Below, one piece after another: positions 53,016-64,000 of a stretch of 64,000 nucleotides of DNA (position 1 is its first letter; every line of letters starts with the position of its first letter). The notes beneath the pieces were generated by a model. It ran no database searches and was not told where the DNA came from. It worked only from the letters and a program-made list of their open reading frames with translations. The translations under genes and the position numbers were made by a program. Source of the DNA: Octopus sinensis (Eukaryota); contig NC_042998.1 of NCBI RefSeq assembly GCF_006345805.1, forward strand, positions 67,518,001-67,582,000, in the 5' to 3' direction.

Positions 53016-53140
53016 TTTAACCCCGCCAAGGAAGTTATGTTTTTGCCGGCGCTGTTTTGGGGAATTGGGCGATTTTCAGCATGCGTGTACATGGGTGGAA
53101 AGGAGCTGCTTGGCAGAGGTCTGCGCTCACCGAGTGCTTT
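53016..53140 (+). mobile_element. HINE / DINE-1-like non-autonomous Helentron, copy 2 (short)
   Basis: tttaacCCCGCCAAGgaagttatgttttt...gagctgCTTGGCAGAGgtct-GCGCTCaccGAGTGC-tttt: sub-TIR pair, 3' hairpin and T-run. Confidence 0.72.
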
Positions 53141-53209
53141 TGCATTTTTTTTTTTTTTGCAGCGCTCTGTGTTTTGGAGATAGACGTATAGACTAATGTT
53201 TGCCATTTC

Positions 53210-53922
53210 TCACTGACTTACAGTAACACAACCGTGAATTATTAAATTATATACGAAGAAATACACTTACCCTATTTTAGCAATTGGTGTTGAATGACAT
53301 GTCTAGAATTAAATGACTTCATTCAAACCACATATTACTATCTGTTAGGAAAGGCATTAAAGTGCTTCAGGTGGTAAGGCCCCAGTTCGGGAGATCAGAG
53401 GTTTTGATAAGTATGAAATTACCCCTTAGTCTCCACTACCCAAGTGTGGAAGTATCTGGGAATTACCCCAGTTGTGCGTCAGATAGGAGATTCTAAGACA
53501 GGGACGTCTCGGAGTTGGACTGACTCCTAGGTATCTACTACACAACCCTGCTGGTGCGGGGATATTCTCTGATGTCACGTAAACAAGTATGCTTAAACAT
53601 GGGTTGAATAGGTCCTGAGCCTCAAACTTATGGTCGGGAGAGCTGGAGAGTAAACTGTAGAGTGAACTGTAGATAAATCGGAAGAAGGCAAATGGAATTA
53701 GTGTTGTATCTTACCCAGGAAAAAACTGAAAATAACACAAAACAGCTGTGTTGCCACATGTAGTCAAACATCCTTATATGACCATGGGCTAAACAGGCTC
53801 ATTTTATCCCTTTTATAACACACTGAACTTTAGAATAAATGTTCTAGAATAAATGTTTTAGAATAAATGTTCATCCATGATCGCCGACAATGATAGAGAT
53901 GGCAACAGAAGAGTGTGTGTGT

Positions 53923-53958
<36 letters not shown>

Positions 53959-54206
53959 GAGAGAGAAATGAGAGGGAAGGAGGGAGAGAGGAGAAACAGG
54001 ATATGTGTTTCGCTGTGTAGTAGAAATGCTATTGTATTCATAGGAACCTGAAGAAGTGTGAAAACTTGCAACAGGCAATGATATGTGGTTTGAGTGAAGT
54101 TATTTAATTCTAGACATTTCACTCAACACCAGTTGCTAAAAGAGGGAATGTGTATTTCTTCGTATATAATTTAATAATTTACAGTTGATTTCCTGTAATT
54201 CAGTGA
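53210..54206. mobile_element. ~1 kb element bounded by ~135-bp imperfect inverted repeats
   Basis: 53210-53347 (tcactgacttacag...aattattaaattatatacgaagaaatacac...ttttagcaa.tggtgttga.tga.atgtctagaattaaat.acttca.tcaaaccacatat) is the reverse complement of about 54068-54206. Termini are (T)CACTG...CAGTG(A); no TSD recognised. Confidence 0.75.
53400..53620 (+). mobile_element. Possible highly decayed non-LTR RT fragment inside the IR element
   Basis: GC-richer patch; tgg aag tat ctg gga att acc = WKYLGIT (RT domain-7-like motif), followed by LTPRYLLH. Only two short motifs. Confidence 0.28.
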
Positions 54207-54849
54207 TGACTAACATCTCTCTTACGCATGACATGAAGATAGAAGAGATTTAGATTGGACCTTTCATGAAACGAAATACATTTTGAGTAGATAGAAGGCT
54301 AATTAATATCCGGGTGGCCTTAGTCTTATCGACATATTTGTGTGAAAAAATTACAATAAAAATAAAGACAAATCAAGTTTTATCTCCATACGTCCATGAT
54401 ATTCAACCCAGCCATCTTCTCCTTCTATAAATTCACTACTATCTATCGTTATTCGGTGGTTTACTTTAGTTGACTTCTAAATACATATGTTAACATCTAA
54501 TTATCTCTAGCATCAGATAGCTAAATATACTTATTTTCATCGTATCATCTACCTCAAAGGAGTTCTAAAGATATCCGTTGTCAGTTAAATATATCTAGTT
54601 TACACTTAATCACATATGAATCCTACTGGTGTCAGTTGGATATATTGATTTCTGACATTGAAAACTCGATAAATGTTAAAGGAGAAACGGTAAAAAAAAA
54701 AGCCAATTGTATTGATCTCTCTCTGTTACTAAAAGGCAAATTTGACCCTGGTTATATTTTAGCTCAAAAATCCAGAGGGACAAAATTAAAATAGTGCGAT
54801 TTGCTAAGTTAATGGATATACATCCCCTTTTCTCTTTCTTTCTCTCTCT

Positions 54850-54898
54850 CTCTATATGTACGTGTGTACATATGTGTGTATATATATTTATGTGTGTG

Positions 54899-54929
<31 letters not shown>

Positions 54930-55112
54930 ATGTGTATATATACATATGTGTGTGTATATATGTATGTGAATGTGTATATATATGTGAATGTGTATATATA
55001 TATATGTGTGTGTCTGCATATATATATGTATATATATGCATATAAATATGTGTATATATATGTGTATATATATGCATATGTATATGTATATATATATGTA
55101 TATGTATATATG

Positions 55113-55161
<49 letters not shown>

Positions 55162-55426
55162 GTATATATATATATATGAATATTTGTATATATGTGTATA
55201 TATATATATATGTATATATGTGTGTATATATATATGTGTATATATGTGTGTATATATATGTATATATGTGTATATATGTGTATATATATGTGTATATATG
55301 TGTATATATGTGTATATATATGTGGGTATATATATATATGTATATATATGTATGTATATATATATGTATGTATATATCTGTATGTATATATCTGTATGTA
55401 TACATCTGTATGTATATATCTGTATG

Positions 55427-55457
<31 letters not shown>

Positions 55458-55468
55458 ATATATGTATT

Positions 55469-55559
<91 letters not shown>

Positions 55560-55850
55560 GTATATATATGTATATATATATGCATGTATATATGTATATA
55601 TATATATGTATATATATATATGTATACATATATGCATGTATATATATGTGTATATATATATATGTGTATATACATATACGTATATATATATATGTATACA
55701 TATATGCATGTATATATATATATATATGTATATATATATGTATATATATATATGTATATATGTATATATATATATATATGTATGCATATATATGTATATA
55801 TATATATATAAGTGTGTGTGCATATATGTGTGTCTATGTGTGTGTGTGTG
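54850..55850. repeat. ~1 kb (TA)/(TG)/(TATG) low-complexity tract
   Basis: Directly visible; the 230-331 aa YIYI ORFs are artefacts. Confidence 0.96.
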
Positions 55851-55959
55851 CATGAATGTGAACACAGACAAACACATATACATCAGACTATCGAATGTTG
55901 TTCGACATCGCTGATCATGTTACGCTTCGTATTGTTTCAGCATTTTGATGATGCCGTGT

Positions 55960-57223
55960 CCCCGTTGGCAACTAAGTTACAGCCGTTTTTTTAATTTCGA
56001 TTTTTTTAAAGGCTTAATAGAAAATGACAACTAATTAATCAATAATGTATTCACCCTTGTTGTTTACAATTTCTTCTCATCGTTCAACAAGGTTTTCGAT
56101 ACCTCCTTGTTAGAAATCACCAGATTTCGACTCAAAAAATTGATCAGTTCTGCTTCAGTAATGAACGAAACTCCGCGCATAGCATTTGAAAGAGATCGAA
56201 ACAGGTGGTAATCCGTTGGTGCCAAGTTAGGCAAGTACGGCGCGTGTGGCAGCACTTCCCAGCTATGCGTTTGAACGGCTTCCTTGGTCATATTGGCGAA
56301 ATGATGGCGGGCGTTGTCGTGCAGCAGAAATCCATGCTGCTGATTAGGTCTTTCTTTTGAATAGCCGTGTTGAGTCGTTCCATCTATTGAACATAGAGTT
56401 CCGCGTTGACCGTTTCAAGCATTTCGTAATGGATAATCCCTTCCACGTTCCACCATACGCACAACATCGTTTTACGCGAATGAATATCTTGTTTCACGCG
56501 CGGTATAGCTTGTTTACCGTGGCTAAGCCATTCCTTATGCTGCTTCATATTGATGTACAGGCACCATTTTTCGTCGCCAGTAACGATTCGGTAACGAAAT
56601 CGTGGCTTGTGTCCATGAGTTGAGCGGTGACGAGCAAGCAAACTAGCGGAGATTGTCGCTCGTTGATTTTTGTTGTTGTCACTTAAAGCATGTGGAACCG
56701 ATACTCCATACTTCTGAACATTTTCCATCGAGTGAAGATGCTTTTCTATAGCAGTGTGGGATTACTCCCTTTGCTCTGCCAGTTCCCTTGTCGTTTAACG
56801 AGAATTTTTGTGCAAAATTTGGTTTAACCGCTCTTCATCGAACTAAACTCGTCGGCCAGAACGAGGTGCGTCTTTGAGGTCAAAATTTCCATTTTCGAGC
56901 TTGACATATCAATCACAAGCGGCTCTTTCAGCTATGGCACCCTAACCAATCACAGCACAAATGTAGCGAGCAGGTTTTACGGCCTCAGAACTTTGATTAA
57001 AAGCAAAAAGACGGAGGTGTCGAAATTGCTCGTTTTTCTTAACTTGACGTTCCATTTTTATGATCTGAAAATAAACCAAAATTAACTAGAAAAAAAAACA
57101 AAACAAAATAGAATCCAAAATGACTCAAAAATAGAATTATCGAAAAAAATAGAGGCAAAAGTTTAAAAACGTAATAAATTCAAAAATTTAAAAAAAACGG
57201 CGGGAACTTAGTTGCCAACGCGA
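55960..57223 (-). mobile_element. Near-full-length mariner (DD34D) transposon, defective
   Basis: TIRs GTTGGCAACTAAGTTacaGCCGTTTTTTT (55964) and GTTGGCAACTAAGTTcccGCCGTTTTTTT (reverse complement to 57219), with TA at 57224-25. Protein motifs VPHALS, IVTGDEKW, KTMLCVWW, LLHDNARH...WEVLPHAPYLPNLAPTDYHLFRSL, with 34 residues between D2 and D3. About 1.26 kb. Confidence 0.93.
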
Positions 57224-57265
57224 TATATATATAAATATATATAATTATACAAATAATATATAAAT

Positions 57266-57497
57266 ATATGCATATATACATACATATATGTACATACCTA
57301 CATCTATATGTATATATACATGCATATATGGGTACAGGATATCAAAAACGTTGAACACAAAGCGAAACGAAAACATAAAAACAAAAACATGGAAACGAAC
57401 TTTTTTTCAAACAACGAAAAAACAGAGTACAAGACATACAACACAAGGAATAATCCCCTTCTTCAGTTGTCTCTGTTTCGCCTACTCCGTGTTACGA
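57266..57497 (-). mobile_element. Second copy of the 12953-13490 repeat (probable PLE pseudo-LTR end)
   Basis: Aligns with 12953-13175, including the TA-rich 65-bp end. Confidence 0.6.
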
Positions 57498-57904
57498 ATA
57501 TCTATTTCATACTCAGCTAGCCAAAATATTTCGACATTTCTCACTGTTTAATCAGTATTGAACTATATAGATTTGACCGATTTTCTTTCTGGCATTCAGC
57601 GGTTGCCTGTTGCTGGTTCTGTGCAAATTACACTGCAATCACGTGATACAATTTTGCCATCCGCTGACACTGACAATATTCTAACTGTCGATATAATCTG
57701 CTTTATTTGCACTCAAAGTCTATCTGACATGATTTCTCAGGACGATACATCTAAGTTGAGTTCGATGTGCAAATTAAAAAATAAACACACACACACACTC
57801 ATATGGCTGAGACCTGTTTTATCTGTCGTTGTAATATTTACATGGATATTCTTTAGTCTGAGTTAGTCTGAAATGCATTTAAGCCGTGACCGACAGCATG
57901 CTTT

Positions 57905-58265
57905 TAAATAAAATCTCCATTGCTCTCTAACACTCGTGGACATGTTTACAAAGTCAGAAAACAGCACAGCTCTTATGACTTTCGGAAACATTTTTTCACG
58001 CTAAGAGTTGCTGAAGTATGAAAAAAACTGCCAGCATCAGTTGTTAGTTGTCGATACACTGCATCCTTCAAAACTTCCATGCTTCCTGAGATTCGCCAAC
58101 ACTACACCTGATTTTCTCCCTTCCATACACACGCAAGCATGTATCTCACTCATCTCATACACTTCACCTTCCAGACATTTGTACATTACTGCATATTCTT
58201 TATACGCACTTTTGACAAGTTGTGGTGCACCTGAGAACAGTATACTATAATTTCATTATTATTTT
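57905..58265 (+). mobile_element. CR1-like LINE 3' end (second family) with 3'UTR and (TTA)n tail
   Basis: SNTRGHVYKVRKQHSSYDFRKHFFTLRVAEV*KKLPASVVSCRYTASFKTSML: canonical TRGH / FFxxRV / WNxLP / FK motifs, with Trp mutated to TGA. Confidence 0.82.
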
Positions 58266-59293
58266 TTTTTTATATCATTCATTATTTTAAACGGTAAAGT
58301 GTGATTTCAGTGAGAGTTGGTTGTTATGTCCGTAAAGATGAACGTTAGCGTACAAACATTATGGGCGAGATGGTATTTTCCTTTTGTAAATTCCCTTCCT
58401 TCGTCCATTCGATCAGTATTGAAGATTAAAGTTGTAATTCGTTACAAATTAGTTTGGTAAGTATACAAAGCATACGCCATGTGTAATTCATTTCAAGAGA
58501 GTATAAACACTGTTATAGCTTATTTACATTTCTTTGTTTCTTTTGTATGTAACATCATTTGTTCTGGTCGTAAAGTACCGCTGAACAAGAGATAAAATCC
58601 CGTTAAGACGAAACTACTCGATCATTGAATTACTCGTTTGACGTCATTTTGAATTATGCGTGGAAATGGCATGAGAGTTTACAATAGCAGATTCAAAGCA
58701 TAGGGCCTTTGTGCCTAGTCTACAGAAACCGATAATATCTTTATCACATTAAATAACAAAACCAAAAGTAGATTTTAATAGGTTTTATTTTCCAACCACT
58801 TTTATATCTAAGATGTAACCTCGTTGCTTTAAACAATCGATTCTTCCCCATTGATGTTTTATAAAGTATATTTAATGATATTTCGCAATTTATTTGAAGT
58901 GACCATAATCACACTGTCAAATTGTTTATTGTAGTTATTTCTTCTTAAAGAAAAGCGGGAACTTTTACAATGTTCCACTGATTTCCTTTCTTTCTATAAA
59001 TCTGAAACGCTTTATGTTAAGTAGAAATTAAAATGTTACCATTGTTTCTAAGTGAGAACCTCTCACAAGCCATCGACCTCTCAATTTATACCACTGAGAC
59101 CTGTCAAATAAACAATGTGAAACTACAGAAGTTAAAATAATTCATCGCACACAAACTCTATGCACAATTGAAATCATATTTGGAACGAAACATTAAAACA
59201 TTGAAACATCGATATATATATATAAATATATATACACACACACGCACACACACACGCGCACACACAAATATATATATACACACACGCACACAC

Positions 59294-59349
<56 letters not shown>

Positions 59350-59350
<1 letters not shown>

Positions 59351-59512
59351 GACGGGGTTCTTTCAGTTTCTGTCTACCAGTTCTACTCACAACGGTTTGG
59401 TCAGCTAGAGACTATAGCAAAAGACACTACCCGAAGATTTCACGCAGTGGGATTGAACCTAGAACTATGTGGTTTCTAGGCATGCTACTAACCTAACAAC
59501 CACACCCGCACC
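59350..59512 (-). mobile_element. SINE family B 5' half (degenerate)
   Basis: gacggggttctttcagtttctgtctacc...actatagcaaaagacact...cacgcagtgggattgaacctagaactatgtggtt. Confidence 0.8.
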
Positions 59513-59543
59513 TATATATATATATATATATATATATACCACA

Positions 59544-59950
59544 GGCGCAGGAGTGGCTGTGTGGTAAGTAGCTTGCTAACCAACCACATGGTTCAGGGTT
59601 CAGTCCCACTGCGTGGCATCTTGGGCAAGTGTCTTCTGCTATAGCCCCGGGCCGACCAATGCCTTGTGAGTGGATTTGGTAGACGGAAACTGAAAGAAGC
59701 CTGTCGTATATATGTATATATATATGTATGTGTGTGTGTTTGTGTGTCTGTGTTTGTTCCCCTAGCATTGCTTGACAACTTATGCTGGTGTGTTTACGTC
59801 CCCGTCACTTAGCGGTTCGGCAAAAAGAGACCGATAGAATAAGTACTGGGCTTACAAAAAGAATAAGTCTCGGGGTCGACTGGCTCGACTAAAGGCGGTG
59901 CTCCAGCATGGCCGCAGTCAAATGACTGAAACAAGTAAAAGAGAAAAAGA
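59544..59950 (+). mobile_element. SINE family B, full length
   Basis: ggcgcaggagtggctgtgtggtaagtagcttgc (A box), gggttcagtccc (B box), central ttgggcaagtgtcttc...gagtggatttggtagacggaaactgaaagaagcc, 3' ...ggcggtgctccagcatggccgcagtcaaatgactgaaacaagtaaaaga. Confidence 0.93.
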
Positions 59951-59955
59951 GAAAG

Positions 59956-60027
<72 letters not shown>

Positions 60028-60029
60028 GG

Positions 60030-60185
60030 GAGAGTTCACGAAAAAAAAAACAAAAGACGAAGACAGGTGGCGTACAAAACAAACAGATGTATTAGTATAA
60101 CGCTCAGGAATTGGAAAAGTCTTTTACGTTTCGAGCCTACGCTCTTCTACAGAAAGGGACACAGAAAAAAAACAAGAGAGAAAAA
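60030..60185 (-). mobile_element. PLE pseudo-LTR-like fragment with minimal hammerhead-like core
   Basis: The minus strand reads CTGTAGA-A-GAGC-gtag-GCTC-GAAACGTA (60152 to 60125), then aaagactttt...cctgagcgttatactaatacatctgtttg. (TA)n lies on its left. Confidence 0.6.
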
Positions 60186-60220
60186 AATGTGTGTAGTGGC
60201 TACCAATCTATCATGGTGAG

Positions 60221-60221
<1 letters not shown>

Positions 60222-60251
<30 letters not shown>

Positions 60252-60335
60252 TGTATGTATGTATGTATGTATGTATGTATCTATGTATGTATATATGTAT
60301 GAATGTATGTATGAATGTATGTATGTATGTATACA
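60222..60335. repeat. (TATG)n microsatellite
   Basis: Directly visible. Confidence 0.95.
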
Positions 60336-60339
60336 TTTT

Positions 60340-60480
60340 GCATCTGCTTTCTCTTCTGTTCCGTTGAAGAACGTAGGTTCGAGACAGCAAAACCTTCTAT
60401 GATTTCCGAGTGTTAAACTAATACACGCTGTTTGTCATTTCCGCGCTTAACTTCAGATTTTGTTTGTTTCTTGTATAAAT
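60340..60480 (+). mobile_element. More degenerate copy of the same pseudo-LTR family, opposite orientation
   Basis: ccgttgaagaacgtaggttcgagacag...ttccgagtgttaaactaatacacgctgtttg aligns with the reverse complement of 60030-60185. Confidence 0.55.
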
Positions 60481-60489
60481 ATGAAGTGT

Positions 60490-60676
<187 letters not shown>

Positions 60677-61099
60677 AAATACATTGTATTGATATATAAA
60701 TATATACTTACACACACACATTCATTTATGTGTTCCATCCCAAATGTTGTTCCACGCTCAGGCACCGACATTTTCATCAGCTTCTAATGGCCGTTCTTAT
60801 ATATTTGATTTTCATCTGAGATCTTAGGGAGTTGAAGGTCAAGGTACTTCACAGAAACCTCTACCTCAATTCTATCTTCTCCTCAGACATCTGATTGAGT
60901 GTAAAGTTTTCCAGAAACAGATGTGGTACCTAAAAGAATGACAATTTTCGAGTGAATGTCAAAGAGGATTGAATGACAAGTATTATAGAAGTAAGAAAAC
61001 ATTTAAAGGATTTCATATAAAGGTCTGTTAACACGCCATAAATATAATTTATACCTTATAAATGATTTCTTTACACCTAAAATTGTTTGGCCACCCTTT

Positions 61100-61420
61100 T
61101 CCAGTTTTGGACGCTGGTAGCGAAGGGCTTGGAATTTTTGAGCATTAAACTGCATATTATGCGTAAGAGAGAGTGTGATGAGTTGGTGTGTGCGGGTGCG
61201 TTGGGATAGCCAAGGGTGTGGTTAGTATGTGTGCGGCCGTGCGTATGAATGTAACCACATGTGGATCATTGGCGTATTTTTTCTCTTGGACTTTCCACCG
61301 CCCCCTGTATCTGACAAAGAGCTTCGCTCGAAACGTAAAACCACCTTTCTTTCTCTCAGCGTCTGCTAATACTTTTCATGTAACACATCCTGGAGTTGTT
61401 GGTGTTTTCTTGTGTTTGTT

Positions 61421-61425
<5 letters not shown>
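61100..61425 (+). mobile_element. Probable PLE 3' end with minimal hammerhead-like core
   Basis: FWTLVAKGL (about 61108-61135) resembles the PLE C-terminal LxTxxPxGLN motif. CTGACAA-A-GAGC-ttc-GCTC-GAAACGTA at 61311-61337. Ends in (TA)n. Confidence 0.5.
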
Positions 61426-61465
<40 letters not shown>

Positions 61466-61587
61466 CAAAATGGGACAAGAACGAAAAGCACTCAAAGAGA
61501 CGACACAAAAAACGGACGGGTCATTCGAAGCCTCTAATCTTCAGTCAAGAACCGGATCATCCTCGCAATTTCGGCTGATTAATCTTG

Positions 61588-61634
<47 letters not shown>

Positions 61635-61757
61635 TATATATATAGAAAATAGTAGAGTGAAAAAACGACAGAAGGCTTGAATGTTAAAAATATATATATT
61701 TGCGTCAATATGTCTGAACAATATTAGAAAATTAAAAAAAAAAAATTTTTCCCCTCT

Positions 61758-62060
61758 TGTGCAATGGCCCAGTGGTTAGGGCAGCGAACTTGCGGTCGTA
61801 GGATCGCGGTTTCCATTCCCTGACCGGGCGTTGTGAGTGTTTATTGAGCGAAAACACCTAAAGCTCCACGAGGTTCCGGCAGGTGGTGGTGGCGATCCCT
61901 GCTGTACTCTTTCGCCGCAACTTTTTCTCACTCTTTCGTCTGTTGGCCTGCTCGCTTAGCCAGCGGGGTGGCGTCATTTGAAGGCTAAAACAATGCTAAG
62001 CGCATTGTGTCCAGCGATGTGTAGCAACATCTGATAGCCTGGTCGGTCACGGTGATCACG

Positions 62061-62065
<5 letters not shown>
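61758..62065 (+). mobile_element. tRNA-derived SINE, family C
   Basis: tgtgcaatggcccagtggttagggcagcg (A box), gcggtttccattcc (B-box-like), 3' ggctaaaacaatgctaagcgcattgtgtccagcgatgtgtagcaacatctgatagcctggtcggtcacggtgat with a short (CACGGTGAT)2 tail. Confidence 0.75.
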
Positions 62066-62460
<395 letters not shown>

Positions 62461-63956
62461 TATTGCCGTCTCATTCTATTTTCAGATATGCACATTTCAA
62501 ATGTTTATTTGTTTTCTTGTTTTTTGTTTTTGTTTTTTGCCTCTTGCTTTGTTTGTTTTATGAGGGTTTTTTTTGTTAGGGTCGTGGGTAGGGATCGGAT
62601 TGTGCATTCTGTTTTGAAAATAGTTGGTTTCCTATGATTACCTGGTCCATATAGTCTTTTTTTTCGTTCAACTAGAATTTCATTCCGAGGTTTGCTAAAA
62701 GGAAAATATTGTAAAACCCAGTGGGAATCTTGTTCTGGATATAATGGGAGATAACTCAATATTAGAATATATTTTTTTTAAAGTTCACTACTGTAATATT
62801 TCACCAATGCATTGGCCTAAAGGGCAAAGATAATTATCTCCGATATATTAGATTCCGAATAAACTTGAAATTGCTAACACTATGCTTCATAACTTACACA
62901 ATATCTCTTTGGAGGTTTGATTTTATTATCAATTTATTTGTATAGATAATATCACTGACATATAAATCTGTAGACATAGTTTTCCGAGTTTTATTGCATT
63001 GACTTGCTTCCCACGATATATTTTGTATTTTTTTAAATGAAATATAAAATAACATTATAGTCATTCTCAGTAGCATGGGGGTTCCTTGTATCCGTAATAA
63101 ATACACTTTGTGTTATTTTATTTTCTTTTGTTTCTTTTACAAAGATCGCAAATAAGAATTTCCAATGTATAGTTTTTCACATAAATGCAGATAGGTTTTC
63201 TCTTACAAACATAAGGATGAACAAAATATCAACTGAATGTTGTTTTTGTTTTATTTTTGTCAGGTTTCAAAGCCGTCTTATCAATATTGATAACTACAAT
63301 CACTACTTACTTTCTCTTGAGAGATTCTGACTGGCTTGTCTATCATTCGAAATCACTTATTTTATGTGTTCCAGTAATATTGACTAGCATAACTGTAATC
63401 TAAATAATATCTTGTTTTAAGAGAAAATGTCGGGTAGTCACACTGCCAATCATTTCCGAATCATTCTCAATATTCATTCCATTACCATCTGAAGTATATA
63501 AGTATATAACATTCTATCGCACATCACCTACAATACGATCAATCGCAGCTAAAGCGACACAAGTCAAAGCTGAGGTATTATTGTTTTCACGTTACTTAAG
63601 ATTATAAAACTCTTCATTCCGATGTATCAGACACATCTACGAACTTAACTTAGATAATTTACTTTTGGCAAAAGGTAACTACATTGTTACAGAACAGTAA
63701 ATAAATATCTTGATGAAATGCCAACCCGAAACTAATGCATTACTACGTTTATTATCTTGTCCGTCCTTTTTACACACACACGCACACGCAGACACACACA
63801 CACACACACATTTATATATATATATATTATATATATATATATATATATGTATATACACATATATAGGGAGAGAGAGAAAGGGAGAGGGAGAGATATACTT
63901 ACATATATATACATAGATATATGTATACATATATATATATATATAATGAGTGTGTA

Positions 63957-63999
<43 letters not shown>

Positions 64000-64000
64000 T

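Noticed and set aside
54809-55914. Long ORFs (230-331 aa) on both strands, and similar ones at 11259-11600 and 15453-16277
   Set aside because: They are YIYI/MYIC/HTHI translations of TA/TG/CA microsatellite tracts that lack stop codons by composition.

Overview
AT-rich, microsatellite-saturated animal genomic DNA. The tRNA-derived SINE families and the (TA)n/(CA)n/(GATA)n load look like an Octopus (coleoid cephalopod) genome; this is my recognition, not a database result. I found no host protein-coding gene I can support, and most ORFs in the supplied track are microsatellite or low-complexity artefacts. The window is a transposon graveyard. It holds many SINE copies of about 5-6 families, non-LTR relics (an L1/Tx1-like ORF1, RTE, R4-like, two CR1 families, one with an uninterrupted GC-rich RT frame), and several Penelope-like element (PLE) pieces. 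It also holds three IS630-Tc1-mariner families (D34D, D37D, D38D spacing), two Helentron-type non-autonomous elements (HINEs) and a ~1 kb element with long inverted repeats. The most interesting signal is a set of hammerhead-ribozyme-like cores in PLE pseudo-LTRs. One lies in a 131-bp near-perfect palindrome carrying a type I hammerhead fold on both strands (28127-28257). Another, with an unusually long stem II, follows a C-terminal GIY-YIG PLE (32877-32976). Coordinates of degenerate repeats are approximate (about 10-20 bp).
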